Assembly (NCBI GenBank): GCA_028534125.1 | Contig: CM052817.1 | Location: forward strand, 95,482,001 to 95,546,000 | DNA length: 64,000 nt | Direction: 5' to 3' | From: Lama glama | Lineage: Eukaryota | Part shown: positions 11,576 through 25,050 of the stretch, in pieces | Position numbering within the stretch: position 1 is the stretch's first letter | Layout: the number at the start of each line of letters is the position of its first letter | Notes under the pieces: model-generated | Seen by the model: the letters and a program-made list of their open reading frames with translations, nothing else | What the model was told of the DNA's origin: nothing | Databases searched by the model: none | Position numbers and translations under genes: made by a program

Positions 11576-12852
11576 TTTTATAACCTTCTTTCTCTCTCCT
11601 TTCTCAATATATTACTTCGCTCTTTTTTTGAACATAGCTTTGTTGGATAACAAGAGGTAGTCATGGTAAGACTTAATTAAAGGGCATATTTTAAGTAATT
11701 CTCATTTTTTCTTATGCTACATGTGATAACATCTCCCCTGAGGGAGAAAAGGACTAGGTTAGTAGTAAGAATGTTCTGTGTCCTGGTCAACATTTCCTCT
11801 TTCTCAGTTCTTTGGCTCTTAATGCTGCCACCATCACTGCTTCTTACTGCTCTGGGAGGACCAGTTACTAATATCTGTTTCTCTTTTGGCCAGAGGAATG
11901 ACTGTTCCTTTATTCTGAAACAACTTATTAAGAAAAAAATGCCACCAAGAGGTAATAGATCTGAGTCCTGGCCCGGCCCCTGGCTCTGACTGTAGTCACC
12001 TAACTCACTCTTGGTTTCCCCTCATTAAATGAGAATAATAACTGTCCAGTTGTCCTCATGGAATTTTCTGGGGGGGGGGTAAAATGACATAAAGTATTTG
12101 AAAATGGTTCATAAAGTCCTGAGTCAATAAAATAAGTGCAGATTAGCATTTTGGGGGAATAATTGCAACATGCCAGGCTCCATGCCAAGGTTTGAGCATC
12201 CTTAGCATGGACAAGAGGGTCTTGAACTTAAGTTCTCTTTCCCGTTTCTTAATGCCTTGCCTTGGTCCAGGTCCTCGCTGCTTCCTTTGGGTCTTTGCTG
12301 GGGTTTTGTCAGCTGGGGTGGGTGTCACCAGGGTCTGATCACTCTTGGCTTCTTGGCACTGCTCCTCATGTTATCTCCCCAGGAGTGAAGTTGATCAGGT
12401 CACTTGCCTCTGTGAAGATACTCTGTCGTTTCTCCACTGCCAGCAAGACAGCATCTATTCCCTTGGCCTCAGTGTACATCCTGACCCGGCCTCATTTCCT
12501 GTCACTAGTTCCATGGATACACACCAGGTTTCTGCCTCCCTGAATTTCTCAGTCTTCTCTGATTGGCAGGGAGAGACCAAGTCTCAACTCAGCCTCTATA
12601 CAAGTGTGTCCTCAGCCTAGAAAACCCGCCTCGTCTTTCTTCAGCTTTGTTCAGCCTTTCAGACCCAGCCCTGACATCGACTCCCCCATAACTTGAACCT
12701 TCTACTCCCCCAGGGGACTTAGTTTTTGTAATCTTGTCTTCCCCACGGCACATGGTTCTTTCTTTGGACATGGTGTTTATTATTCTGTGAGCTGTTGACG
12801 TGCTGGATTATGTTATTTAGGGTAAGATAATGAGGCAGTCCACCTAAGATGG

Positions 12853-13461
12853 TGTAGTGGATTGAATGATGACCTCCAAAAAGATATGTTCATGTCGTAA
12901 TCCCTGGAATTTGCGAATGTGACTATTTGGAAAAAGGGTCTCTGCAGATGTAATTAAGGATCTTGAGATGAGATCATCTTGGATTATCTGAATGAGCCCA
13001 ATTCAGTGACAAATGTCCACACCCAGGAGAGGCACAAAGAGAAGAGTAGGCCAGGGCCAGGAGGCAGAGGTGGGAGTTATGCAGCCCTGAGCCGAGGAGC
13101 CCCTGTGCCCCCAGAAGCTGGGAGGGGCAGTGAAGAATCCTCTCCCAGTGTCTTCAGAGGGAGTGCTGCCCTGCTTACAGTTTGATTTCTGACCCCCAGC
13201 TTTCAGAACCCTGAGAGGATATGTTTCTGTTTTAATCCACCAAGTGTGTGGTGGTTTTAATTGACCAAGTTTGTTGTGATTTGTTATAGCAGCCATAGAA
13301 AACTAACATGGGGGGTGGGGTAGAGCTCAGTGGTAGAGCGCATGCTTAGCATGCATGAGGTCCTGGGTTCAATCCCCAGTGCCTCCATTAAATAAAAGAA
13401 ATAAATAAACCTAATTACCTCCCTCCCCAACAAAAAAAATTCAAAAAAGGAAACTAATGCA
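12853..13461 (+). mobile_element. MaLR solo LTR (MLT1-type) interrupted at its 3' end by a SINE
   Basis: tgtagtggattgaatgatgacctccaaaaagatatg...ttgttatagcagccatagaaaactaa, with 5-bp TSD GATGG / GATGT. Confidence 0.85.
13310..13449 (+). mobile_element. tRNA-Ala-derived SINE (Vic-1 type), copy 2
   Basis: AGCTCAGTGGTAGAGCGCATGCTTAGCATGCATGAGGTCCTGGGTTCAATCCCCAG, then tail aaataaacctaattacctccc. The target aaactaa is duplicated on both sides. Confidence 0.9.
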
Positions 13462-14189
13462 GATGTTTACAGTATAGTGACTGGAACTTAGTATCATTGT
13501 CATCACCATCAGAAAGCATTGTCATCACTATTATTCTTGTGGCCTAGCCTGGGACCTGGGAAGTAGAACATGCTCAGGAAATAGCATTCTCCATGAGCTT
13601 CCAGCCTGGTGGCCAGTGGTGACGGTGTGGATGAGAAGTGTGTTCGAAGATGGTATCGAACGAGAGCTTCCAGAATAGAGCGCCTCTTTTGTTTGCTTGT
13701 TTGTTTTAAATGTCTTTTTGTGTGTTTGTATGAAGGGTGGTAATGGATGTTTTTAAGCTGTTTTTTAGAAACATTTTTACACATTTGAAAATAAATTGTC
13801 CTTTTAGAATAAGACAAATTTTATAGAGACAGAGGTCATAACGTCCCCCACCGCCCCCCCAAAATAGAAAAATGATGAGCAATTATAGTTCTAACAAAAA
13901 AAAAACCTTAGAGCATTTCTTCTTTTTCCTAATAGAATTACTTAGCTAAAGTTAATTTCGTGCTGGCCTTGGAATACAATTTAAGAGGTATTTTGGAGCA
14001 CTAAGGTAATTTATTTCGTTGTGCTACAAGGTACTTGAAAACCAGAATTTTCAAATAATCATAAACATAGACTTGGTAGGTTATATGTATTATTTGTCTG
14101 TAAATTTTAGTTTTCCATTGCAAGCTAGGTCTGTGATCCGATTTTTCACTGAAGTTTTATAAACTGACATCGTAGGAAGAAAAGCTTGT

Positions 14190-14390
14190 ATTTACTGAGC
14201 TCCTACTCTGTACTCTGGGTACTGTTCCAGGCTTTTGATATGAATTAACACATTTTTTCTCACAGCTGTCCTAGTCTCTTACCTGTTCTCTTAACTCAGA
14301 GGAGGCCAAGGCACAGGATGGTTAAGTAACTCGCCCAAGGTCATTATAGCTGAAGTGGCAGAGACTCAGAGTGGCCATGCCTTGTGACCT
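14190..14390 (-). mobile_element. MIR SINE
   Basis: aggcacaggatggttaagtaactcgcccaaggtca (MIR core). Confidence 0.7.
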
Positions 14391-15340
14391 CAGCACCCCC
14401 CTGACTCCCAGAGGACCCCGTCAGCTTTCATTGTCTAATACAGTTTGAAGTGGAGAAGATCAGTGAATGTAAGGAAAGGACCCGCATCCCATTCCACAGT
14501 GGTTCAAACTGGACTGTACTTGCCCTCGGAGATTCTGATTCCTGGGCCTGGGAATATACCCTTTTAGTAAGCAGCCGGGTGGTATCTGGACTTTGAGATA
14601 CACTGAGCTGGACCAGACAGTCCTCACAGTTCATTTTGCGTGAGGGCTTGGGGTGGTGGTGGTGATGGTGGTTTGTGTGCTTACGTTAGGCCGCGCTTCA
14701 TGTACGTCTGTGTTCCAGATGAGTCTGTTGAACACACAGGTGGATCTAAACTTACGCCTCAACGCCTGCATTACTAATCACCTTTCTTTTGTGGAGAATG
14801 AATAAAAGGCCAGCATCAGAGGGATTTTTTTTTAATCTTTTGAATAAGCTTCAGAATAGGGTATATTTGATCTGAGGAAATTGTTACGGTGAATGTAAGG
14901 TCCGTAGACAGAAGAGAATAAGCATGACGTGAAATTTCTACCCTGATGGTTTGGGATTTTACTTTGTTTGTTTTGTTATATTGGTTTTGGTTTTGGTTTT
15001 TGTGTTGGTTTTGGTTAGAAGATTTTACTGTGCATTTAACTTTAGCTGCACTTCACAGCAGAGCGAAAATTTCACGATTTGGGTTAATCTGAATGTTAAC
15101 TATGGACAAGGAGGGAGTCTTCTCTGTCAGGTTTGGTAAGAAACTCTCACACATTGGGACTACCAAAAACCCTGATTACATGTGGTTTAGAATCTCGGGA
15201 AAACACTAAGCTTTCAGTTTTATTACTTCAGAAACTTAGTTGTATGTTGAACTGGCAAAAATGTGTTTTCCTTTCTTTTAGGGAGTCACAAATCACATTG
15301 AACTCCCCAAAATCCAGCATTTTCTCCAATTACAGACAAA

Positions 15341-15785
15341 ATGAACATTCCCATGCTGCTCCAGCATCCTCCCCAGCACTTCCTAAAAGGCCTCTTAAGA
15401 GCACCTTTCCGACGTCACCACTCCATCTTTCACTCGAGTACTCATCTCGGATCAGTAATCCCGTGTGCCGGGCCACTCAATTCTCTTGGACGCCATTGTA
15501 CAACGTGGATGATGCTGTCGGATGGCTTAAAGAGGAAATTGTGTCTACAGACAACCTTAAAGGAACATCCAGATGGATTTTCTGATAAAGAACAAAGATT
15601 TGTGGATAAACTCTATACTGGTTTAATCCAAGGGCAAAGGGCCTGCTTAGCCGAGGCCATAACTCTTATAGAATCAACTCACACCAGGAAAAAAGAGTTA
15701 GCCCAGGTGCTTCTTCAGAAAGTACTAGTCCACCTCAGAGAGCAAGAAAGGTTAAATAAAGGGAAGCCACTGGCATTTCGAGTGG
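15341..15785 (+). CDS. MMAA: MMAA exon 2 coding part (exon starts 15282): mitochondrial presequence and N-terminal helices
   Basis: Acceptor ctttcttttag|G at 15281/15282, ATG at 15341 (-3 A), translation [23 protein letters not shown]...[14 protein letters not shown]...KPLAFRVG, donor G|GTCAGT at 15785/15786. 445 nt, ends phase 1. Confidence 0.97.
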
Positions 15786-17214
15786 GTCAGTTCGTTTTTT
15801 TTTTTTTTTAGGTCTGCCTAGTGAATATTTTTCTAGATTCTCTCTCTTTTTTTAAAATAAGTCTAAATAGTTTATGATCTAACAGAGATTTGTTTTTCCT
15901 TCAGAATTTTGAAATGAATTCTAAATGCTGTTTCTTTGCAAAAATTAGTCTTGTTACATTAAAAAAAAAAAAAAACGCCATGACCATTTGAACCAAGGCT
16001 CTGTATTTTAAGAGAATAATGTAAGATTTCTGTTTTGGCAGGAATCTTGCTGTGGCTCCCAGAATAGGAACGTGACAGGAGAGCCATTTACCAGTTTACT
16101 CCTTTCTCTCGGTAGAACTTCTGCTTAATAGTTTAACGTGAATTCCCTGTTATGGTTACATCAACCATAATTACCCTTATCAGATTTCAGAATTCTACTT
16201 CTTAGGTGTTTCATTAGTCTTTCTATAGGCAAGTCTCTCTTCTTTCAGATACTTTTTTATTAGCGTTTCTGGAAATGGCTTGACTCTAAGCATAACCATC
16301 TTAATACCAAAATGTATTTTAAAGGAAAGACCATATTCACTTGTGATCTAAAAATATCAGATGTTCGCTTGACTTCTTGAACAATTGACCTGTTTCTGTA
16401 ATTGCAAAGAAGCTTGCTATATTTTTGAAATTGTTCATTAGAGAACAGTCTAGATATGTTTGACCAGAAGGAATTTAGCAAGTCAGTTTTGGGTGGAATG
16501 AGTGCTTTTCACGATGGCAAACTGGGTAAATCCAACCAACCCAGCCACTAAAAACAACTTGAAGTGGTGGATGAAGTGCAGAAATTGTGTGAGGAATGAG
16601 CAAATACACTTAAGAGATGGACTGGCATTGCACTAGACTTTTATATCTCAGTTTATTTGCAACATGGGGTCTAAAAGCTCCTCGTCTTTAGGGTAACAGG
16701 GCCTAAATGCTTTAAAGATAATTTTGAAAATTAAAACCAGCTGATATTTGTACTCGTCCACATTTTTCACACCCCTTGTTCTCCTGCCCTCACTCAGGGG
16801 ACTCTCCTTTTGAGAGTACTGCACTGGGTGTTAATAATCTTTATGTATTGTGAACAGACGAAATAACATACTCCCAATGAGAAATTCCAGTTACGACAAA
16901 GTGTTCACTTACTAGGCTTCATTCAGAGAATCTTTGAAAAGAAAATGTCCAGAAATACATAGAGTTAACCAGCAACTCACACTTAACTAGCAACTCATAA
17001 ATTTGCAGGGCTCTTCTGGTTCCGCCATCTTGACCTTACGAAGCAAGATACACCTATGTCTTTGTTGCAGTTATTTTCCCACCAAGATAAATAAAAGCCC
17101 CAAATGTTTATTCAGCACCCACATAGATGTTTAAGACAGAGACCTCCCCTGGAAATTTTGGGAAGGAGCCAGGCCTACATGCGCCATACATACTTTTGAC
17201 TATAATTACAATTA

Positions 17215-17480
17215 AGTGCTTATGTTTTATAGGCTTTATTGAACATACATATCTCTTCCTGGATGCGTGTGCTATTCTAAACATATTGCAAAATTAACTC
17301 ATCTACTCCTTACAGCAACCTGAAGAAATAGGCACTATTATATTCATTTTATTGCAGAGTATACTCAGGTACAGAATGGTTAAGTAACTTGCCCAAGATT
17401 ACACAGCTCATAAGAGGCAGGGCTAGAAACAGACCTGGCCAACCGGCTCTAGAGTTTGTGCTCTTACCTGCCACGCTCTA
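17215..17480 (-). mobile_element. MIR SINE
   Basis: caggtacagaatggttaagtaacttgcccaagattacacagct (MIR core). Confidence 0.8.
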
Positions 17481-18035
17481 CTAACTTGCCAAGGAGGGGA
17501 ATTTTCTGCCTTTCTTAACATGAATTTTTTTCCTTTTTAAGATTCAGTTTATATTATTTTCTTGGCGTCATGGGTGAGATTTTTAAAATTATCTTTCATA
17601 AATAGAAAATTATTTTCTCAATCACTAGGGAGTTTCAGGAATACTGAGTTGTTTTCTCCCTGGGAAGATAAGGCATACAGGATTGGGGTGGGTGGAATAA
17701 TTGCTGGTTGTGACGGGAGCTGGGCAGATGTAGAAATTCAGCACAATTCACAATGTAGGCAGTGCAGTCTGTCCCAGAAGACCTGCGTTTTAGTGAAAAG
17801 GCAAATTGCGTTTTGTAATTTTTAAACCTGAATTTAGTGAACATATGGAAATCAGAATTTGTTTCCTCCCTGTGTCCTTATTACTCAGGGACTAGATAAA
17901 TAGGTAGATTTTCATTTACCACTTTAGGAAGTATTAAACTACAGTTGTGATGGTTTTAATAAATTAGGGGGAATAGAAGTTAGTCTGATATTTTAATAGA
18001 ACTCATCATGGTGCTCATTTCGTTTATTTCATTAA

Positions 18036-18188
<153 letters not shown>

Positions 18189-19558
18189 TAGTGCTGATTC
18201 ATTTTAAATTGCAGGGCAGTGGCTAATGGGGCTGGCTCTCTGTTACAGTTTAGTGGGAATTTGCACAGACAGGTGACTTCTGACCTCAAGCTAAGTGAAG
18301 GAAGTGAGTTCTCAGGGGAGTGACATGGAGGCTGAGGGAGGTGGTTTGGGCACCGGGCTGTCCAGAGTAGGTTAGCATACTGGTTGCTCAGGAGTAGGAG
18401 TAGTCGCTTAGAGAACTAGGAGACCAGGTTTCAGAAGCTGAAGATAATCAAAAACAAATGTCAGCCTTTTGTCTGTCCCACCTCAGGCTCCGCCCCTTTT
18501 CCCACCTGTTGTTTTTCCTGGCTGCATCATCTCCTGTGCAGTTCAGAAAACGGGTTCTTATTCATTGATTTCCTCATATTGTTGTAATATCTCTTCTCTT
18601 AAGCTTAAAAAAAATCTTTGTGCCCTATGTAACTTGGCACCTGTTTATGTTATATGTTCAGCTGAACAGAAGGCTCTTAGAGGGACCGAGTGATAGCCTG
18701 CCCTTCCTGGCAGCACTTAGCACAGTACATTGTACACTGTGCTGAGCAGTTACTGATTTGAGGTCATGCAGTCACTCAAAGTTTAATGTGCAGCTCATCC
18801 TAGATAAAATGAATAAACTTAGTTCCCCAAAGGGTCACTTAGGGGACACATAAAGCTTACTTGATAAATACTCAGGAAAAGTTTTTCTTCCCTTGCCCTT
18901 CTTTCTGATTTAAGCATTTCACATCACAGTTATTCACTTTACAAGTATTCCAGTGCCTACTGTAGGCAAGGCCTTGTGCGAGGAAGGTACTGTGTCGTTT
19001 GTGGTGAGTTAAGACAGTCCTCCTGGCCTTAAGGAGCTTTATATCTTTTAAGGTGAACAGACAAGTGAACACAGGCCACTACCATGTATTGTGTGTTATG
19101 AAGAGGGAAATACAGGGTGCTTTGTGAAAGGGTTTGCATTAAATCCTGTGGGTTTAAAGCTCAAAAATAAAGATGATGTATTTTAGGGCCCTTGGGTCAG
19201 TAGAGAGGTAGGCAACAATTCCTGTTATCACCCATTGAAAAACCTAGCTGAGAACATTCACAGTGTTTGGTTCACTATAATGAAAAAGTTATCTGTAAAA
19301 TAAAATTTATATTCACAAGGTTCAAGATTAAATCCATGTCAGTGTATTATCTTATTAATAATCTAAGAACTTTGTTAAAGGTAAGTACTTGAGCAAAGAA
19401 TTTTCTTAATAGCGGCCCTCATTTTTAAATAGATAAGAAGGCTTTTTCCACTACCTTCATAATACTCTAGAATACTTATAATAGCAAAAGAAAACAATGC
19501 TTTTGATGACAGTAGCAGAAATGGTGATGTAAGATAATCTGATGAAAGTTACATAGCT

Positions 19559-20111
19559 ATAGCACTGTTTACAGTAGCCAAGACATGGAAGCAACCTAAA
19601 TGTCCATCAACAAATGACTGGATGAAGTAGTATACATATACAATAGAATACTATTCAGCCATAAAAAAGAATGAAATAATAATGTCATTTGCAGCAACAT
19701 AGATGGACTTAGAGACATCATACTAAGTGAAGTAACTCAGACAGAGAAAGAAAAAGATCATATGAGATCACTTATATGTGGAATCTAAAAAAAATGACAC
19801 AAATGAACTTACTACAAAACAGAAAGAGACTCACAGACGTAGAAAACAAATGTATGGTTATCAAAGGGGAAAGATGTAGGGAGGGATAAATTAGGAGTTT
19901 GGGGTTTGCAGATACATACCACTATATATAAAATAGATAAACATCAGGGTCTTACTGTATAGCACAGGGAACTATATTCAATACCTTGTAATAACCTATA
20001 ATGAAAAAGAATATGGAACAGAATATGTATATGTATAACTGAATCACTATGCTGTACACCAGAAACTAACACAACATTGTAAATCAACTAGACTTCGATT
20101 AAAGAAAAAGT
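19559..20111 (+). mobile_element. 5'-truncated L1 (end of ORF2 plus 3' UTR) with perfect TSD, in MMAA intron 3
   Basis: agccaagacatggaagcaacctaaatgtccatcaac... L1 3' region. 14-bp TSD AAAGTTACATAGCT at 19545-19558 and 20112-20125. Confidence 0.92.
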
Positions 20112-20996
20112 AAAGTTACATAGCTGTGTGATTCCTAACCTTTCTCAAACCAAAAATGAGGGTCCCTTTCTCAGGTAAAAAAAAAAAAAAATACATAGAC
20201 TTTGAAAGGAAAAAAAATACACAAAGATGAACAGGACACCCTAAGTATACATTTCTACTTTATCATTGCAACAGTATATACATTTGAAAAATAGCATTAC
20301 ATTAAAGTTTGAGAAGCCTGCAGCCAGTCCTTGTCATGCTTTAGGTTCACAGATCTCCTGCCGTGGGAGCTTGGAGACCTCCCTAAGGGTCTGCAGTCAA
20401 CAGTTTTGGATTCATTGGTAAAGATAATTATATGGGAGAGTAATTTCATAATGTTTAGTTTGGTGTGTTAGGATCTATGGGACAATAATTTAAAGGGTAG
20501 CTTTGGCAGATTGTTGACTTACACAGAGATGGTTTTACCCAGGAAATTACTTTAGAACAAAGTTCTGTGTTCAGTAAATAAGGTAGTGGAGATACGTGGT
20601 ACGTGTGAGTCCTGGAATTAGAACCTCTGAGAACTCTAACCTGGAATCGTAAGGGAAAAGATCATATCTTTAAGGAGTGTCTCAGTGTTTAGCATGAACT
20701 TTGGAAAAATTAGCTCTTAAGCAGAGTGAAAATGAAAATTCAGGTCGGCCCAGCAATATACCTTCAAGTGTTAGCGTAGGGCTGAAGGAAAGAAGGTAGA
20801 GGTAATTTCACTAGTTCCAGGGCTTCTCAGTCGTCTCGAATTTGCAGGGACTGATGTTTGCCAAAATGCTGCAGGAAACCCTGAAACATCACCAGTTCTA
20901 TTCCATAGGTGTTACATGACTTGCCTACTGTGTGCAAGCACTCGGTGTACAAAATATGTAAGACACGGCCCTACAGATGTGGAACTCAGGTTAAAG

Positions 20997-21172
20997 CAGA
21001 GTCTCTGAGCCTTGGCACTAATGGCGGTCTTTGCTGTGGGCAGCTGTTCTGCACCCTGAAGGATGCTTAGCAGTGTCCTTGGCCTCTGCCTACCAGGGTG
21101 ACAAGTTAAATTATCTCTAGACATTGCTGAATTTCCTCTGGGGGGAAAACCCACCCCCATGTGAGAACCATG
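20997..21172. mobile_element. MER20-like hAT MITE (degenerate)
   Basis: ccttggcacta...tgcaccctgaaggatgcttagcagtgtccttggcctctgccta...ctctagacattgc...gagaaccatg. Confidence 0.65.
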
Positions 21173-21491
21173 AACACAACAATGTTAAGAGGACAGTAAA
21201 GAAGCCAGCCTGGCAGGAACGGAAGAGTGATTTGGGGATCAGTGGAAGCTGGACTTGGACAGGTGAGGTAGGCTGCATTCTCCGGGCCTCCAATGCGAGG
21301 CTGAACCTCTAGTCAGTGGGAGCCACTATCAGTTTTGAGGGGCTTGAAATGTTACAGAGATTAATTTGGTGTTATTATATACGCTGTGTTGGAGAAGAGC
21401 TCAATCATATGAAACTCATTTTGAGGTTCTGGGAGAAATGTCATAAAACACTTCCCCTAAGAGCTGGCTGATTGATAATTAGCTCTCGTAG

Positions 21492-21740
<249 letters not shown>

Positions 21741-23005
21741 TAATGAGTGCTATAGCAGGATGAGCGACAGCTAATTTCATTTGTTCATTCAGCCGGTATT
21801 TACTAAAGATGTAGTTAAATGCAAGAAATCTCAGACTCTGTAGGAGATTTGAGTGTGTAGGCTACCATCCTTACCCTTAAAAAAGGAAAGATAAGCCCTG
21901 TGTCTGGATAGCTTATACAAGGTGCTGTGTTTTAAGTGCAGGAGGAGAACTATGAGCGTTAGGATGACCTGCGGGAGCACCACTGTAACGTAACACCTGT
22001 TTTGTTTAAGCACAGTCATAAGTCTGCAGTGCTCGCTAAGAAAATTAATGTAGCTGGACACCTCTTGAATACAGGGCCGTGCTTTACTTCATCTTTATCT
22101 TCCTAGCACATTCCTAGTTACACACGGTGAAAATACTGAAAAGCAAGCCCCAGGAATTTGCATTCCCCTGGAGAGACGGTCTGTTATATTACTGTGTGAT
22201 CTGTGTTTTGACACAAATTGGACTCAGATTTGGGGGATCAGGGAAGACATGAGGAAGGAGGTGACTGTTGAACTCAGTTTTGAAGGAAGAATGGATTTCA
22301 GGACAGTGTGGGCTGGAGGGCATTTGCCAAGGCACAGAGGAGAGAGTGAATGAACGCGGCCTATTCAGAGACTTGCAGTCTGCTTGGGACACATAGAGCA
22401 TGAGGGTGAAGGGCGGGAGTGAAGAGATGGGGCTGGGGACCAGGTGCTCCACCGTCTAAGGGCGGATGGAGGAAAATTGCCTGGGTCCTAGTAGGAGAAA
22501 CAAGGGCGAGGAGGACCATGCCAGCTGGAGGAGGAGGTGGCCACCGTGGGCGCCTGTGACCACACAGCAGAGGGGTTTCTCCAGCACGTCTATGGGGGAG
22601 AGAACCCGGACAGCTGGACGGACCCTTGGTGGGGTTTGCAGGGCGGGTAAAAGGATGAGGAGGAGGGAAGCTGCATGTATTGCCAGGCATGGCCAAGGAT
22701 TAGAATCCTGGTGCTGAAGCTGCCCACCCACCGAGGGGAGGCCGAGGAAGTGAGAAAGAGCGAGAGTGAGGAGGGAGACTGAGACATGGGAATACAGGCC
22801 GGAGGAGGGGGCGGTGACAGGTTTGTTCAATGGCTAAAATAGTGGCATTTAATACATGGCTCGGAGGTGGGGTGTTTAAAGTGGGGTCGGGTGGAGTGTG
22901 TGATCGTGAGCGTGAGTAAATGAACTGGAATGGAAGTGATGGCCAGGGTTGTTGAGAAAGCATATTTTAGAATACCCTTGTATACCCTTGCGATTAAAAT
23001 TTCAG

Positions 23006-23091
23006 GTGTGGGTCAGTCAGAGTTTGCCGTTGCTGATATGGTGGACATGTTTGTTTTACTGCTGCCACCAGCAGGAGGCGATGAATTGCAG
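23006..23091 (+). CDS. MMAA: MMAA exon 5
   Basis: tttcag|GT acceptor, (G)[28 protein letters not shown], donor CAG|GTAATT. 86 nt, phase 1-0. Confidence 0.97.
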
Positions 23092-23445
23092 GTAATTATT
23101 TTGACCTTTCCCCCCAAAACACAAAGTATACATCTCTAAAATCACTAATTTCCAATGCTGTGTTTTTGTCAATTAGGTTGGTATTAGCGCAGGGCGAGAT
23201 ACATCACTCACATGGGCTGAAAGACCTGAGTCAAAGGCACATTCTCTTTTTCCCCAACTTTCAGTAGTAGAATTTGTGACACTGAGCGAATTACACAGCT
23301 CTGGCTTTTCCACCGGTAACATGAGAGTGAATAAAATACAGGCATAGCTCCAGCCAGGAGTGACCACTGTTGCACGGACGCTTGTGGTACAGCTGGTTCC
23401 AGAGCTCCTCGTAAGATAGTCCACTGTTTTGAACTGGGACCCCAC

Positions 23446-24132
23446 TGTCGTAGTCTGTATGTTGTAAAGCAGGGCTCTTACTTTCCCCTTGCAGTGCAGC
23501 CTGGCATTAACTACCTGGAGTTTGCACAGCCTTCACAGGTCCGGGTACCACCCCACACAAGACTGCCTTCACCCCAGACACCCACAGCAAGCCCAGCGGG
23601 TCCCAGGCCACCAGTGCCTCTAACTGGCTACCAACGCGGGTGTTCCCACTGCCCCTCAGGTTCGATAATTCACTGGAATGACTCAGAACTCAGGCAAGCA
23701 CTGTATTGCCAGTTGCAGTTTTATTGTGAAGGATACAAATCAGGACCAGCCAAATGAAGAGACACGTACAAAGAGGTCTGGAAGGGCGCCAGACTGAAGC
23801 TTCAGTGTCCAGAGTTCTTACTGGGGCCTTGTTCTGTAGGCATGATTGACTGAATCACTGTCCACATGACTGAACTCGGTCTCCAGCCCTTACTTCTCCC
23901 CAGGGGAGGTCAAGCTGATACCACGTGGCCTCACAGGCTCAACCCTTGAATCACAAGATGGGTTTTTCTGGCGTGGTAGCCCATATTCTGAGACCTTGGT
24001 GTCTAAACTCAGTTATGGCCCTGGGCACCCATGGTGAATGACAAGACACTCCTGTCACCTGGGAAACTCCAGGGATTTAGAGGTGGCCTCCCCGGACCCT
24101 CAGAGACCAAACAAATTCTTTATTGTACAACA
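23446..24132. mobile_element. ERVL-class solo LTR (MER21-like) in MMAA intron 5
   Basis: aactacctggagtttgcacag...caagactgccttcaccccagacacc...ggttcgataattcactggaatgactcagaactcagg...ttctttattgtacaaca. Confidence 0.7.
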
Positions 24133-24822
24133 CCTCCCTTTCAATTGAATAATTCCAAAAGCATAGTGATAGCAGACTGTGGAGGCTACCATTTAGAAAC
24201 ATGAACTGTTCACATTTAATCATTGAAAGTTATGTTTAAAAATATCTGAAAAGGAATTTTAATCTTAGACGGCAAAATCTTCCAAATAAAGTTTAGGATT
24301 TTTCTAGAGTTTTCATGCAACATAATGTAAGTGAAGAGACTGAGGCATTTTTAGCCATCAGGTTACTTTTTCCCTCAAATGTAACCTGAAAAAAATGCTA
24401 TGTGCATTTAAGGAAAACTTCAAAGACTTTGCTTCTGAAAGTGCAGATGTTAGTGACGGGTGTGTGTTCTTTTTAAGCACCTTAATTAATGATGGATGGT
24501 TTTTTATCCTGTAGTCTTAGCTCCTGAGAAGTAGAAGCCATCATGAGACAGTGTGAGCTGTCTCCTGGCACTCAGTCATGTGGTGTCTAGGTGATATGTT
24601 TACTCTAATTCTGAATGTTTTTCAACATGTTAGTCCCTAAATTTGGAAGAGAGATTACAGATGACTTCCAGAGTCCTCAGAGTCGGTGCTTTTGAGTAAC
24701 TCCTATCAAGTGATTGTGATTCCTAGTACCCAAGGCTTGGGAAGGTGCAGAGAACAAGTTAGTTGGTAAAGTGTGTGACATTCAAAACCTTAGCATTTAC
24801 TGGTGTCCCATTTTTGCTGTAA

Positions 24823-25050
<228 letters not shown>

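Noticed and set aside
13316..13387. tRNA-Ala(AGC)-like sequences (also at about 35777-35849 and 53982-54053) as true tRNA genes
   Set aside because: They have A-rich tails, TSDs, a shared non-tRNA tail and acceptor-stem or box mutations, so they are SINE copies.
15133..15585. 150-aa alternative-frame ORF overlapping MMAA exon 2
   Set aside because: It starts at a non-ATG codon in the intron, has no ATG in the spliced 5' UTR part and shows no recognisable homology.
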